Shown one piece after another: positions 26,716-37,817 of a DNA stretch of 64,000 nucleotides. This DNA comes from a virus. Both the position numbers and the translations under genes were made by a program. Position 1 is the first letter of the stretch. Each line of letters starts with the position of its first letter. The notes below the pieces were generated by a model. It made no database searches. It was not told the origin of the DNA and saw only the letters and a list, made by a program, of their open reading frames with translations. Location of the stretch: positions 67,722 through 131,721 of IMG/VR virus record IMGVR_UViG_3300045391_000819; one strand, given 5' to 3'.

Positions 26716-29700
26716 TTAAAAAGTTCCTTTCTCTTGATTAGACAAATAATAAACAAATTTAAAATTAGAATACTTATCATTTGTTAATTGTAACTTAGTT
26801 TGTCTTCCTCTTATCTTCTGCTTTTGGACATCTGGCTTGAAATAATTGAAGGCATCTGTGTTTAGTACTTTCTCACAGTTATTACAATTATTTAATATGA
26901 ATGGTATATTTCCTGTTTGTAAATTAACTACATCATGAAATTGATTGAAATTCCATATGTTATCCCTATTTGTTACAAGAATATTAATCTTGTTATTTTC
27001 TACTTTAGGATATTGAATAGAACCAGCAAAATCATTTTCATTCTTCACATGCAATTCAAGTGGGCCTGAAGATTGCAATTCATTAAATATCAAAGCTTTA
27101 TTAAACGTTATCTTACGATTATAAGCTGTGTCGTAATTGTTATGATAACGAATCGCATCCTGCATATAGCTTACAGAGTTCAATACACCATTTAACATCA
27201 TAGGAACACTTGTAGTTTCTACTGTAAATGGAGATAGAGTTCCGTAATAAACCTGATATGATTTGTTAGTTACATTGTGTGACCACAAGGTAGATAAATC
27301 ATCATTCAATCCACTTTGAATATAATCCACATTATCAATGTAGAAGTTAGGCTTAAACGAATGATATGATACCCACGTCTTAGTGTTGAAATTGTAAGAA
27401 ATAGTCCAAGACTTATTACAGAAGTAATCTGTATTTGTCAAAAGTATTTCATCAGTTCCATCAAAGAATTTCTTTGATTCGGCATTATAAGTCACCGCTT
27501 TTATCTTTCTATAATCAAGTTTTGTTATGAAAAACCTATTGAAACGTTTATCGAAAGACAAGTGTAAACCTATTCCTTTGAAATTATTGTCTATATCTTC
27601 TAGGGCAAAATTGTTAAAGTCTTTAAGAATCTGGAAAGGTAAGTTTTCCTTAAACCAGTTTCTCATTCCTTCTTTAGCTAGCTCATCTAATCCAGCACCA
27701 CCCGGTTGCAGATTGAATACCTGACCTCTTTTAGCATCTACCCAAATGTGACCGAACTCTGTTTGAAGAATATCAGTATGTTGAGTACCAGCAAATCCAA
27801 GCTTAGCAGTAGAGAACTCTCTTGGTCTTGAACCAAATATAGTTCCTTTACCTATCTGGATATTGCCAGCATCACTCTTTAAAGTATCATATGCAGCAAG
27901 AATCTGAGAACCATTCTCAAATCTCACAAGTATTTTATCGTTCTCAATTCCATCAATACCTATGATTCTACCATTAGAAGCAGGGAAATCAATAATATCA
28001 TTGCCCGGAAATATCAACCAGTTATCAGAAGAACTGCTATTATTTGTAACCTGTTCAATAGAAGCTATTAATAATGAAGGATGATTAACCTTACAATCTT
28101 CTATAACCTGCTTTACCTGTGGTAAAATGAAGGCTTCCTTATTCTGCTTAGAGTATGTCTTATTGTAGAAATAGAAGTTATCTTCGGTAATAGGAACATT
28201 CTTTTCCTGAAGCCAGAAGTCTAAGTCTTGTTGGTGAGGATAAAAATCCTTTTCAAGATTGTTTTCCCCATGTCTATAATCTACATTCACATCCGATTCT
28301 GCAAAGAAATAAGGAATACCGTAGTTATATAAATGGATAAATCCAGACTGATAGAAAGCCTTTTGAGTCTTTGCATCAAGTCTGGTCTGTGCGATTCCTA
28401 GTAAATCTACAATTAAATCAAATATATTATCGCTGACAGTACCACCACTTAATCTTTCCATCAGTGGTTCTTCAGTGTTAAAATAGTAATTAGGGAATCC
28501 TACATTACCCAATTCTGAGTATTTAGAATCCGCCATATCATTAAACTTGAAGCGAGTTTGTAAGAAGAAGGGCATCTTACGTTTTAAAGCAAACCTTGTA
28601 ATAAAGGTATCTCCACCAAAAACCATTGTTTGAGCAATAGTGTAATCTTCGCTAAGTTTAAAAGAACATCCTCCTGTTGGCAGATATTGGATACTGTTTA
28701 TATCTCCATACTGGTCAGGAATAAAGTTTTTAATAGAAGCATAATAAGAAGATACAGGAGCATTAACTCTTTTATTTAAATCGTCTTGATCTAAACCAAA
28801 GGCATCCATAGTAAATCTACTTGTATCTTCTACAGCAGGGCTAGGGAATTGAGTTGCTTCGTCAATCTTTAAATATACACTTCTTTCTCTGTTCCAGTTA
28901 TTTATGTAAATGTTTGTAAACTGAGTAGCAGAAGCATCAATAGCTTCATCTACAAGCTGAACAGAAGGTTCAAGATAAGCTGATCTTTCCAGCTCTCTAA
29001 TCTTACTTCCAGCATTGGCAACGTCCTGATAGTTTACATACTTACCAATAGAGTTATACTGGATAGACAAATTCTTCATAGGAATAAGTGACCTAATCAA
29101 ATCAATGATTATGTTCATTTCCTTAAGTCCCATTAGCAACAAATAGAAGGACTGTTGCAAGAATAAACCTACAGGATTACCAGAAAGAGGACTCAATAAC
29201 TGGAAAGGTTTTCCTCTAACTGTACGTCTTTGAACTTCAGTAACAACCAAAGGATCAATAGGATCAGTTCCTCCAAGTCCTATTGGTTGACCTGTAAAGT
29301 CATCATATAGAAGAGATTGTGGAGGAAGTACAGGAGTATAGTTGATAGGAGGTACACCCGGAAGTGTGATTATAGCACCCGGAACAGTACCACTTACGTT
29401 TTGTTTACTTTGAGTAACTACTACTTTTTCTTCTCTTTCTTTCTCTACAGAAAATGCGATTGCCACACCTGCTGCAAAAGCAAGCGTCATTGAGGCTGTA
29501 GACAAAAACTTCTGTTTTGCCTGTAGCTCACATAAATTAAAATAGCCTTCACTTTCACCATATTCTAATGTCTCAATCTTAATTTCTGACCCGATTGTAG
29601 GATTTACAAAATGAACATCTGGAGAATGAAAAGTATATCGTCCAGTAGGGTCGAAGACATTAGGTATGGGATTTGAATTATTGCCGCCTTGATATGTCGT

Positions 29701-31656
29701 TGGATCATTGCTTATGAAATCGTCGTCTCTTAAATCATTATATGGATAATTAGGATAAAAGTATCTTTTGTCGTTTTTGTCATAGTGCCACATGTCATAG
29801 ATAAGACCTTTAGCTACTATGCTCTTATTACCAACTCTGTTACCTCTTACTATTCTGTATTCTTTAATTCTATCCCTGTCAGCCTGAGTTATGATACCAT
29901 CTGTTACAGCTTGATCCAAAGCTATTATAACACTTTGATGGTCAACTCTTACACCAAGAGGGAATACTATATTCTTGTCTGAAAATCCCTTGCTACCATT
30001 TTTAGAATCGTGTATGTGTGTTACCAGAGAATCTGGAGTTTTGTGGAATCTTATAGGTTCTCCACACAAGTCTCCCCATATCTCACGAATATTAGGATAT
30101 GTTCTTATTGATTCCCAGTACGAAAATTCTCCATACTCCCACACTTTTTCATCATCGCAACTAAGTGTAGTTTCATGTGGAGAGCCAAGAACAGTAGCTA
30201 TGTTATATACCTGCCAACGTTTGTTTCTAGTTAAACCATTACATGAGCTATCTGTAAGCACATCGTTGTTAGAAATTATATCATCTGCTGTTGGGAATAA
30301 ATCTTTAGATGGGCCGGGTATATGATATGTTCCAAGTACTTCACCTTCATCAGCAATAAATTCTACCCCAAAAGGATAGACCTCATCTCTTTGTAATGCT
30401 CTGAATTGGAAAGTATTATGAGGATCATAGTATACAGCTTCTGGAATAGCTACTGTTTGCCAGTATAGTTTTATACCATTTGCTACTCTTTGCAAGTTAG
30501 GTTTTGAGAATTCTGTTAGATTTGAAAAGAATAAAAACCTATTTGCATCAGTTATATTACCAGCCTTTTCGTAGTAAGACTTTCTAAAGAATATATCGTC
30601 AGCTGTTAATTTCTTAAAATTAAGCTCAGCTCCAGTATAAGTAACTGTAGACTGAGTGATTGGGAATGTACCTATTAACTTAAACTCAGTGAAATTATCT
30701 ATAGTTTCAGCTATTACTATGTTATAGTATCCGTATAGAAATGTCTGATCTAGGTTATCTATAGTTATCTTTACAGCCTTATCTGTTTCATAATTAGTCT
30801 CAAAGGTTATGTATTTTGAGAATATAGGAACAGGATTTGTAGCTGGAAAGTACTCAGTCATAGGATGACCATCAGCATCAGAGTAAGCTATAAGTGCCTG
30901 AATAACACCAGCTTTCAACAATCCACCAGTAACTACATCCAAAGATTTAATACAAGGGATTTCAAAAGAAGGGTGATAGTTGATCTTATTACAATCTAAC
31001 TCATCAGAATAAATAGGTTCTTCGCACGCATCCGGGCTTACGCCTGTAACAACTTTAAAGTTCTTATTGATAGCTAATTGACTTCTTGAATTAGCAGGAT
31101 CAGAATAGTCAAAATAAAGGAATCTTCTTTGGTTATTATTATCTGTAAAGTAGATATTTAAACCACAATCAGTTATCTTATACCTTATTCTTACAGGAAA
31201 ATCAATACTGAAGTTCAAACATTCGCTTGTTACGATTGTATGAAAAGTACAGTAAGGAGTCTGATCTATCTCTTCTAAAGGCTTTCTTTCTGTCTCTGTA
31301 GGGAATAAACAATCCTTACATCCGATAGAAAAAGCTGCTATATCATCCTTATTATCATCATAAACACAATCAATTATTTCCCCTATCTGCGAATTACCTT
31401 GTCCATCTAAAAGGGCAAAAATAGTTCTATTCTGTTCATGAATGAACACCTTACCTATAACCTTATAGCCTTGTGGAAAGTTCACAGCCAGTACATTAGA
31501 ACCATCGTTCTGAAGTACACCAGTAAATCCTTCCTGTGAGTTCGCTTCGATTGCGGCATTTAAAGCGTATGTATATTGATTTTCCTTTAACGAAGTACTA
31601 GGAATATCCATCACCATACCTGAAACCGGAGCAGATATATTGTCTTTATTAGCCAT
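26716..31656 (-). CDS. Tail muzzle/stabilisation protein (P22 gp10-like, crAss-type), 1646 aa
   Basis: N-terminal GMVMD...ENQYTYALNA, LNFSIDFP, YFTDNNN..R, QRDEVYPFG, C-terminal SWTISY...WVSYHSF.P. Size and synteny fit. Confidence 0.8.
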   Translation of the reverse strand: MANKDNISAPVSGMVMDIPSTSLKENQYTYALNAAIEANSQEGFTGVLQNDGSNVLAVNFPQGYKVIGKVFIHEQNRTIFALLDGQGNSQIGEIIDCVYDDNKDDIAAFSIGCKDCLFPTETERKPLEEIDQTPYCTFHTIVTSECLNFSIDFPVRIRYKITDCGLNIYFTDNNNQRRFLYFDYSDPANSRSQLAINKNFKVVTGVSPDACEEPIYSDELDCNKINYHPSFEIPCIKSLDVVTGGLLKAGVIQALIAYSDADGHPMTEYFPATNPVPIFSKYITFETNYETDKAVKITIDNLDQTFLYGYYNIVIAETIDNFTEFKLIGTFPITQSTVTYTGAELNFKKLTADDIFFRKSYYEKAGNITDANRFLFFSNLTEFSKPNLQRVANGIKLYWQTVAIPEAVYYDPHNTFQFRALQRDEVYPFGVEFIADEGEVLGTYHIPGPSKDLFPTADDIISNNDVLTDSSCNGLTRNKRWQVYNIATVLGSPHETTLSCDDEKVWEYGEFSYWESIRTYPNIREIWGDLCGEPIRFHKTPDSLVTHIHDSKNGSKGFSDKNIVFPLGVRVDHQSVIIALDQAVTDGIITQADRDRIKEYRIVRGNRVGNKSIVAKGLIYDMWHYDKNDKRYFYPNYPYNDLRDDDFISNDPTTYQGGNNSNPIPNVFDPTGRYTFHSPDVHFVNPTIGSEIKIETLEYGESEGYFNLCELQAKQKFLSTASMTLAFAAGVAIAFSVEKEREEKVVVTQSKQNVSGTVPGAIITLPGVPPINYTPVLPPQSLLYDDFTGQPIGLGGTDPIDPLVVTEVQRRTVRGKPFQLLSPLSGNPVGLFLQQSFYLLLMGLKEMNIIIDLIRSLIPMKNLSIQYNSIGKYVNYQDVANAGSKIRELERSAYLEPSVQLVDEAIDASATQFTNIYINNWNRERSVYLKIDEATQFPSPAVEDTSRFTMDAFGLDQDDLNKRVNAPVSSYYASIKNFIPDQYGDINSIQYLPTGGCSFKLSEDYTIAQTMVFGGDTFITRFALKRKMPFFLQTRFKFNDMADSKYSELGNVGFPNYYFNTEEPLMERLSGGTVSDNIFDLIVDLLGIAQTRLDAKTQKAFYQSGFIHLYNYGIPYFFAESDVNVDYRHGENNLEKDFYPHQQDLDFWLQEKNVPITEDNFYFYNKTYSKQNKEAFILPQVKQVIEDCKVNHPSLLIASIEQVTNNSSSSDNWLIFPGNDIIDFPASNGRIIGIDGIENDKILVRFENGSQILAAYDTLKSDAGNIQIGKGTIFGSRPREFSTAKLGFAGTQHTDILQTEFGHIWVDAKRGQVFNLQPGGAGLDELAKEGMRNWFKENLPFQILKDFNNFALEDIDNNFKGIGLHLSFDKRFNRFFITKLDYRKIKAVTYNAESKKFFDGTDEILLTNTDYFCNKSWTISYNFNTKTWVSYHSFKPNFYIDNVDYIQSGLNDDLSTLWSHNVTNKSYQVYYGTLSPFTVETTSVPMMLNGVLNSVSYMQDAIRYHNNYDTAYNRKITFNKALIFNELQSSGPLELHVKNENDFAGSIQYPKVENNKINILVTNRDNIWNFNQFHDVVNLQTGNIPFILNNCNNCEKVLNTDAFNYFKPDVQKQKIRGRQTKLQLTNDKYSNFKFVYYLSNQEKGTF

Positions 31657-32546
31657 TACATGTAGCGTGGAGTCAAGATATTGATCTTGTTGATCGCACG
31701 ATTTTTACGAATGTTATTTACCATTTGACTAAAATACGGCATCTGAAGTTCTCTTTTAGATTCAGCTAGCCATTTTTCGTATTCAAGTTGAGCCGCCTGC
31801 CATCTGTTCTGTAGATCAGGTACAGAATTATTAAACCACCAATTATATAAAAGGTTGTATTTGATACACCATTCTATTGCTCTTTCTACTCTTTCCACAT
31901 CTGGAATTAAAGGAAGTCCATCTTCATCTAAAGGAAAAGCATAATACTTCATGTATATGCAGTCTTTAGTGAAATTCGTATATAGGAATCCATCAGTAAT
32001 CGTTATTTCATTTATGTTGGTGCAGAGTAAGTTCTTACAATCTTCAGTACATCTTTCACGATTTACATTAGGACTAAGAGCCAAAAGTACTGGATTTTTA
32101 AAGTTAATAACAATAGGAGTTTCCTTTACGAACTGTCTTACTGTTATTTTCTCAATAACCTTTAAATCATCGTTGGCTGTTTCAATAGTACAATTAGAAT
32201 TTCCTTGTAAAAGTTCCCATGTAACATCATTGAAAACAGAAACAGGCTGACCTTGAAGGTGAGCTATATCTCCAGAACCAACGAAAGGAGTACATTTATA
32301 GGCAGCATATAGTTGAGAAAAATCAGTTGGGAGTTTAGCTTTGTAGTTCTTTACCTCCATAACAGCATCACTTTCTCTGTAAATACCAAGACCTAATGTT
32401 TTTAGAACATGTTTAGTGTACTCGGCAAATTCTCCTTCGTCTATAAGACCAGCCGCATCAAAGGAAGAAAAATCCCTTCTTACCTTTGAATATACAAAGG
32501 AAGTGGATTTAAAGTAATTATTTTTCTCAGGAGTTATGACTGCCAT
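31656..32546 (-). CDS. Tail ring/tubular protein
   Basis: EVKNYKAKLPTDF, YMKYYAFPLDEDGLPLIPD are crAss ring-protein-like; immediately upstream of the muzzle gene. Confidence 0.6.
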   Translation of the reverse strand: MAVITPEKNNYFKSTSFVYSKVRRDFSSFDAAGLIDEGEFAEYTKHVLKTLGLGIYRESDAVMEVKNYKAKLPTDFSQLYAAYKCTPFVGSGDIAHLQGQPVSVFNDVTWELLQGNSNCTIETANDDLKVIEKITVRQFVKETPIVINFKNPVLLALSPNVNRERCTEDCKNLLCTNINEITITDGFLYTNFTKDCIYMKYYAFPLDEDGLPLIPDVERVERAIEWCIKYNLLYNWWFNNSVPDLQNRWQAAQLEYEKWLAESKRELQMPYFSQMVNNIRKNRAINKINILTPRYM

Positions 32547-33055
32547 TATTCTTGTTTATAAAATTTTGAGAATCTTCTCTGTAGCTTAGTAGTGCTCCAG
32601 AAGTCTGAATCATCCCATTGGTGAAATCTTTTGCCAGCTTTTACTTTAGCGGCTACAGCTCTTTTGAGTAATCTATAAGGTTCAAATTTGTATATGTTCC
32701 TATTTTTAAAGATACATATCATTTTGAACCACTTGATATGATGGATGAATCCGAACGAGTGTAGGTTTAAAAGAGGGATTTGTTTTCCAAGTCTTCTTGA
32801 ATTAACCCAATCTATAGGGATTTTCTTCTTGCTTCCTTTGTACTTAGTGACTACTACATTACCAAGTCTTTCAGGCATTTCTATTCCAGCTTCTTCTTCA
32901 GCTATACAATCTGCCATAATCTGATTGGAAGTCCAGATAATATTTTTAAAATCCTCAAACGTAATATCTATTTGACGGTCTTTTTTAAAGTGACGCCAAA
33001 GTTTCTTGGTTAAAGGATTATATCTTTTTCCCGAAAGAAGGGTTCTTGAAGGCAT
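32546..33055 (-). CDS. IHF/HU-like DNA-binding protein (crAss-type)
   Basis: Basic protein with IEMPERLGNVVVTK (HU-like beta arm) and IDWVNSRRLGK. Usual crAss position next to the ring genes. Confidence 0.55.
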   Translation of the reverse strand: MPSRTLLSGKRYNPLTKKLWRHFKKDRQIDITFEDFKNIIWTSNQIMADCIAEEEAGIEMPERLGNVVVTKYKGSKKKIPIDWVNSRRLGKQIPLLNLHSFGFIHHIKWFKMICIFKNRNIYKFEPYRLLKRAVAAKVKAGKRFHQWDDSDFWSTTKLQRRFSKFYKQE

Positions 33056-33726
33056 TAATTTTTTTCGTTGGTATTTAAATTGGCTTTTTCGTCTTTAACT
33101 AAAGCTTCATATATTTTGGCAAGTTCTATTTTAGCATCTGATTTTACGGGGTCTAGCAAATAATCTGGGCACGGAAATGGTTCGTCCAAAGGTTTTAAAC
33201 ATTTATTATCGGGATCAACTATCTTGCTGACTTCGAAAGGATGTTTGAACAAACCAAGAACCATGATCTCTTCGACTTGAGAATCTGGTACATATATATG
33301 ATCTTCCAGTATGAAGAAGTACTTTATCTTTTTATCAAAATATTCTCTTCTTCTAATATCTTTGTAGGAAAATAGAGTTGTCTGCTTAAATTCTTTAACT
33401 GTATCTATCGTAAAAACCTTTATAATATTTCCGTAAGTGCTTTGGAAAGCTTCAGGAACAGCTTCCACAGACCTCATCATGAATGTACATTGAGGAATAT
33501 CAAATCCACATTCCTGCATATTCACTTCCTTCATTTGAAGACAAGGAATCCTTTTCCATCCTTCGGACACCTGAAATAGTCTTCTGACGTCGGCATCTTG
33601 TTTTATAAACTTCTTGACTTTATCGGTAAGTATAGACAAAACCAGACGATAGCTTATACGGCTATCTTCACTGGTTGCCTTTAACGTACCAATAACGTCA
33701 GAAATTACTTTTCTAGTAGTATCCAT
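33055..33726 (-). CDS. Tail ring/tubular protein
   Basis: Synteny and motifs (YFFILEDHIYVP, DEPFPCPDYL) resemble crAss ring proteins. Confidence 0.55.
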   Translation of the reverse strand: MDTTRKVISDVIGTLKATSEDSRISYRLVLSILTDKVKKFIKQDADVRRLFQVSEGWKRIPCLQMKEVNMQECGFDIPQCTFMMRSVEAVPEAFQSTYGNIIKVFTIDTVKEFKQTTLFSYKDIRRREYFDKKIKYFFILEDHIYVPDSQVEEIMVLGLFKHPFEVSKIVDPDNKCLKPLDEPFPCPDYLLDPVKSDAKIELAKIYEALVKDEKANLNTNEKN

Positions 33727-33807
33727 TAATGTAATTGAAAATGATTATAAAGATGTGCAATATACGAAAAATCAGGCAGATGTTAAAATGTGTCATTGGA
33801 AATAATG

Positions 33808-33832
33808 AAAAAACCCCTCCGAATGAAGGGGT
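33808..33832 (-). terminator. Intrinsic terminator after the phosphoesterase gene
   Basis: Minus strand ACCCCTTCATTCGGAGGGGT followed by TTTTT. Confidence 0.75.
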
Positions 33833-33865
33833 CTCAGTTAGTCTGGTTAGATATGTAAATAAGGC

Positions 33866-35170
33866 TTATAAACTATATGTGAATTCTGCGAGTTTACCTT
33901 TCGATTTATGGTAGAGAAAAGCCTTAGCTGCCTTGACTGACATGTAGCCTTTCTTCTTGTGCCATAGGTCTGTTCCTGACAAGGATGGAAGTACTTCTAC
34001 TTGGAATCCCTGATGTTCATCCACAGATACGTATGAGAGCTTCTTAGTCTTGTGATAGTGACCTAACTTACAAACTCTGTGGTTAGATGCCCCCCAAATT
34101 TTAGGCTCTTCTGTGGCAAATATAAGCCCTAGATCAGTATGCTTTTCTTCATTACCGTGAGTGTACTGGAAAGCACATTTACCATACTGGTAGTACTTTC
34201 TAGGGGTTGGGGCATTTAAAACAGTGATTTCCTTAGTGTTATGGAAGTAAGCTTCTAGGATTTCCCCGATCATAAACATCGTATGATTGTCATGATTTCC
34301 GGGAACTACAAGCACATCCACAGGAGCTATGGTAGCAAGTCTAGTTATGTTCTTGATTAACAACTCTTTAACAATACGTATGATCTTTGGGAATCTAACG
34401 TCCACATGTTGGGGAGTTCCCGCAGTGGTTGTATTGTTATTATTGTCAATGTTTATCATATCATTCCCTATTGGGAACAATATTTTCTCAATCTTATCAA
34501 GATTAACTCTTGTTAAAAGATCATCAATAGCTTCATTATATCTAGCGCAAGCTATCTTTAGATCAAAATCTTCCCCTGTTTCCTCACGCCAAGCGAGCTT
34601 GCCGAAGTGTATATCAGGTAAAGAAAGTTCATAAAGAGTATCTCTTTCTGTAGATTTGTCTGAAGAATTCCTTATTGGAGTAATTTCCATTTCTGGAGCA
34701 GAATCGAATAACTCTTTGAGAATCAATTCTTTCTGCTTTAAAGGATCAGTATCTGAATCTCTACGCTTCATTTTAGCGTATACAGAATACTTAGGCTGAG
34801 ACTCTATTTCGCCTTCCTTGTTCTTAATCCAAGCATTATAACGTTTACATTCCCAACCAGTTATGCTCCAATCTGAAAGATCAATATTGCATTCTTTAGC
34901 AAGGTCTGTTTCATTTTTAACCTCTGTAGTTGTCTCAAGTTTAATCGTAGAAGTATCTGCTGTGCCTGTAATAACACGTTCACCAGCAGAACCAACATGA
35001 CCAATAAAACCAGAAACATAGTCTTCAGCTAATCCTTTTCTACGTAACTCCCTCCATGCACTTCTGATCTGTTCTTTATCAACTTTAAGAGTTTTTGCTG
35101 CTTCATCATAGGGATTAGGTAAATTCCTATCTATTGGATGCTTCAGCAAATAATTTTGTATTTTACTCAT
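33866..35170 (-). CDS. Calcineurin-like metallophosphoesterase
   Basis: DIHFG, GND, GNHD, HG and GHYH metal-binding motifs in canonical order. Confidence 0.85.
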   Translation of the reverse strand: MSKIQNYLLKHPIDRNLPNPYDEAAKTLKVDKEQIRSAWRELRRKGLAEDYVSGFIGHVGSAGERVITGTADTSTIKLETTTEVKNETDLAKECNIDLSDWSITGWECKRYNAWIKNKEGEIESQPKYSVYAKMKRRDSDTDPLKQKELILKELFDSAPEMEITPIRNSSDKSTERDTLYELSLPDIHFGKLAWREETGEDFDLKIACARYNEAIDDLLTRVNLDKIEKILFPIGNDMINIDNNNNTTTAGTPQHVDVRFPKIIRIVKELLIKNITRLATIAPVDVLVVPGNHDNHTMFMIGEILEAYFHNTKEITVLNAPTPRKYYQYGKCAFQYTHGNEEKHTDLGLIFATEEPKIWGASNHRVCKLGHYHKTKKLSYVSVDEHQGFQVEVLPSLSGTDLWHKKKGYMSVKAAKAFLYHKSKGKLAEFTYSL

Positions 35171-35258
35171 TTAAATAATTTGGTGAGAAAAATTCGACAC
35201 AAAGGTAAAGAAATATTCCGCATATTTCCTAATAAGTATGATTAAATAAATGTTAAAC

Positions 35259-35287
35259 AAAAAAAAGGGGGAGGTCGAAACTCCCCC
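35259..35287 (-). terminator. Intrinsic terminator
   Basis: Minus strand GGGGGAG-TTTCGAC-CTCCCCC followed by an 8-T tract. Confidence 0.85.
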
Positions 35288-35324
35288 GGCTGGATTTAAA
35301 AACCAACAAAACTGTCCAGTAAGT

Positions 35325-37124
35325 TTAAGAGGCGTGAACAACAGTCCACTCTGTAGAACAATCTGCAAAATTAGCCCTAACTCTAAAATCCATGTCATTA
35401 GATGGTAGATTGGAAACTGTTAATGTAACAGGCCCACTTGTAGGATTATCTACAGGACTACCAACCGTTAACGAATATGAAGTTTCAGGATCAGAATCAA
35501 GCTTCTGCTCTACTGTATAATTAAGAGCGGCTGGAATTCTATCCCATTGTAAATTAATAGTATAGCCAGTAAATGCTGTAGTAAATACCTTTCTACATGT
35601 CCAGTTTGATACAGGGTTATTAATTCCCTGACAAGGAGATGTAGGTGTAGTACCTGTTGTAACATCAAGCGTCCATGTATTATCAGGACAGCTTGCTGAA
35701 TTGGCAGTTATAGAACCACCTTGTCTAGCACAACGAGAACTGAATATAAGAGTAAGATTTGAATATGTATTATCTGTAAGAGGGAATGAACCCGGATCAG
35801 AAAGATAAGTTGGGTCTAAAGCAGCAGCCTGAAGCTGAGCTATTGTAGCATCATAAATTTCAATACCGAAACCGAAAGCGATACCTGTATCGTGACCGTT
35901 TACAGCAATGAAGTTTAGACCAGCACTAAGCGTTACAGGATAGATATTCCAGAAATCGAAATTCCAAGTTCCAGAACCTAAATAGTAAGCAGTACCAGCA
36001 GTAGTATCTTGGTCAAGTACAGTTGTTACATTTCCATTAGGAGCTGTAACTGTGATACTACCAACGTTATCAACACCCAAACCAATGTAATAAGTCTTAC
36101 TTGAAGGTACTAATACAGGAATAATGAATGTAGTATCTGCATTATAAGGATCGCTCCATACAGCAGTTCTGTTCATTGGCCCTAAACCAGTAGTATTATT
36201 TCCATCAAAAGGAGATACAGTACCGTTTAACCACACATTTGGAGTAGTTAATTGTACATCATTACCTGCGACAACGTCAGCAGGATATGTAGCACCCGGC
36301 CCAGTACCATCAAGATTGTAACCATTCTTGAAAACCAAAGAACCACCTTTGCTCCATACGACATTAGTAACTTCTTGTAGGTTATATTCCTGTCCACCCG
36401 GAGTAGCTGCTTGAGTTTGAACTTGTTGACAAATACCATTAACCAAGTCATATCCATCTGGACATGCCTGCTCAATTGAAAAACCAAGATTTTGGATAGT
36501 AAGGAAGCAATTACATCCCTGAATAAGATCACAGAATGTATCGTAATGGTCTGTCTGTAGTTTCTGTAAGAAACAATCGAAGTTAATTGTAGGTTTGATA
36601 TATAAGATACCATCTCTTTTCTGCACACTTATAGAAACGCAATCATTGGAATCACCCAATATTTGAGTTTCAAGATAGGCAGGAGCGTCATCTGCATCAA
36701 CCTTTACTTTACCATTATTAGTATTTGGAGTAAATATACCATTAGCGTGAGCAACTGTAATGTTGCCAGCATCAGGGGAAATTATTACATCGGCCTTAAT
36801 ATTATGATTAGCAGGGCCATTTGCTGTAATATCTATAGTAGCTGTATCAGTTGCAGTGATTGAAATATTAGCACTGTTACCGATTAAATCATCAATTTTT
36901 TCGAGAATCTCTTCTAAATTATCGCAGCTATCAGCCCCGATATTTTGAAGATTACTTGGTGCGTTACAATCATCTGAATGATATTTAACACACTTCGCAT
37001 CTATTTCTTCATTGCAAACACTATCATCACCACACTGATCGCAGTATGGTTGCTGAGGATCAGTAATAGTTACTACACTACCCCCATTTAAAGGTTCGCA
37101 ATCAGTACAAGGTTTATTCGACAT
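35325..37124 (-). CDS. Cys-rich virion structural protein with C-terminal FN3-like domain
   Basis: Cys-rich N-terminus, SATIDIT repeat, C-terminal INLQWD...YTVEQK...TLTVSNL...DFRVRA. Confidence 0.55.
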   Translation of the reverse strand: MSNKPCTDCEPLNGGSVVTITDPQQPYCDQCGDDSVCNEEIDAKCVKYHSDDCNAPSNLQNIGADSCDNLEEILEKIDDLIGNSANISITATDTATIDITANGPANHNIKADVIISPDAGNITVAHANGIFTPNTNNGKVKVDADDAPAYLETQILGDSNDCVSISVQKRDGILYIKPTINFDCFLQKLQTDHYDTFCDLIQGCNCFLTIQNLGFSIEQACPDGYDLVNGICQQVQTQAATPGGQEYNLQEVTNVVWSKGGSLVFKNGYNLDGTGPGATYPADVVAGNDVQLTTPNVWLNGTVSPFDGNNTTGLGPMNRTAVWSDPYNADTTFIIPVLVPSSKTYYIGLGVDNVGSITVTAPNGNVTTVLDQDTTAGTAYYLGSGTWNFDFWNIYPVTLSAGLNFIAVNGHDTGIAFGFGIEIYDATIAQLQAAALDPTYLSDPGSFPLTDNTYSNLTLIFSSRCARQGGSITANSASCPDNTWTLDVTTGTTPTSPCQGINNPVSNWTCRKVFTTAFTGYTINLQWDRIPAALNYTVEQKLDSDPETSYSLTVGSPVDNPTSGPVTLTVSNLPSNDMDFRVRANFADCSTEWTVVHAS

Positions 37125-37813
37125 TATGAAGTTGTTATGGTTTTAACCAATCCGTTTACCTTTATTTTCAACACGTTACCTGAAGTATTATACCAGTATT
37201 GACCATCAATTGCAGAAGGATCACTAGCAAGATTACCCAAGAATCCAAGAGTTCCTGACATCAAAGATGCAAAACTCAATGTGTTTCCATCGCTTATACT
37301 AATAGTTTTAGCGTCGTAATCTATACTAATTATCTGACCATCAACGTATATACCGTCAAGTTCTTCAGTTAATCTATTTCCTGATGTTGCAGAAAGTTTA
37401 ACAGAACCAGTTAAAGTATGATCTAAAGTTCCAGATGTAGAAAAATCAATAGTTGCGCTATCAACAGCAGTCAATTCAACACCAACTTCTTCTGACAAAT
37501 CAGTGATACTATCTTTGATAAGACAAAGTTCAGTATCTACAGCTTCGGCAAATTGTTCCATTGTATTGATAACATAACCAACCCTTAAACATGGAAGATT
37601 AAAATCAACCACATTTAAATCCTTGATTTTTTCATCAATTGATTCAATAATTATTTCAAGAGTAGCTCCGTTTGAGAAGTTAAGCCCATCAAGTTCGGTA
37701 AGCTTGTTATTATCTTTGTGATAAAATACACAAGACATATCGAGGTTAACTGGGCATCCGCCACAGCAAGAAGAGCAACCGCAATCGTCACTATGAATAG
37801 GAGTGCAAGACAT
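37124..37813 (-). CDS. Cys-rich hypothetical virion protein
   Basis: Long ORF coupled to its neighbours; shares the DSATID repeat with the 35325..37124 product. Confidence 0.5.
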   Translation of the reverse strand: MSCTPIHSDDCGCSSCCGGCPVNLDMSCVFYHKDNNKLTELDGLNFSNGATLEIIIESIDEKIKDLNVVDFNLPCLRVGYVINTMEQFAEAVDTELCLIKDSITDLSEEVGVELTAVDSATIDFSTSGTLDHTLTGSVKLSATSGNRLTEELDGIYVDGQIISIDYDAKTISISDGNTLSFASLMSGTLGFLGNLASDPSAIDGQYWYNTSGNVLKIKVNGLVKTITTS

Positions 37814-37817
37814 TTTA

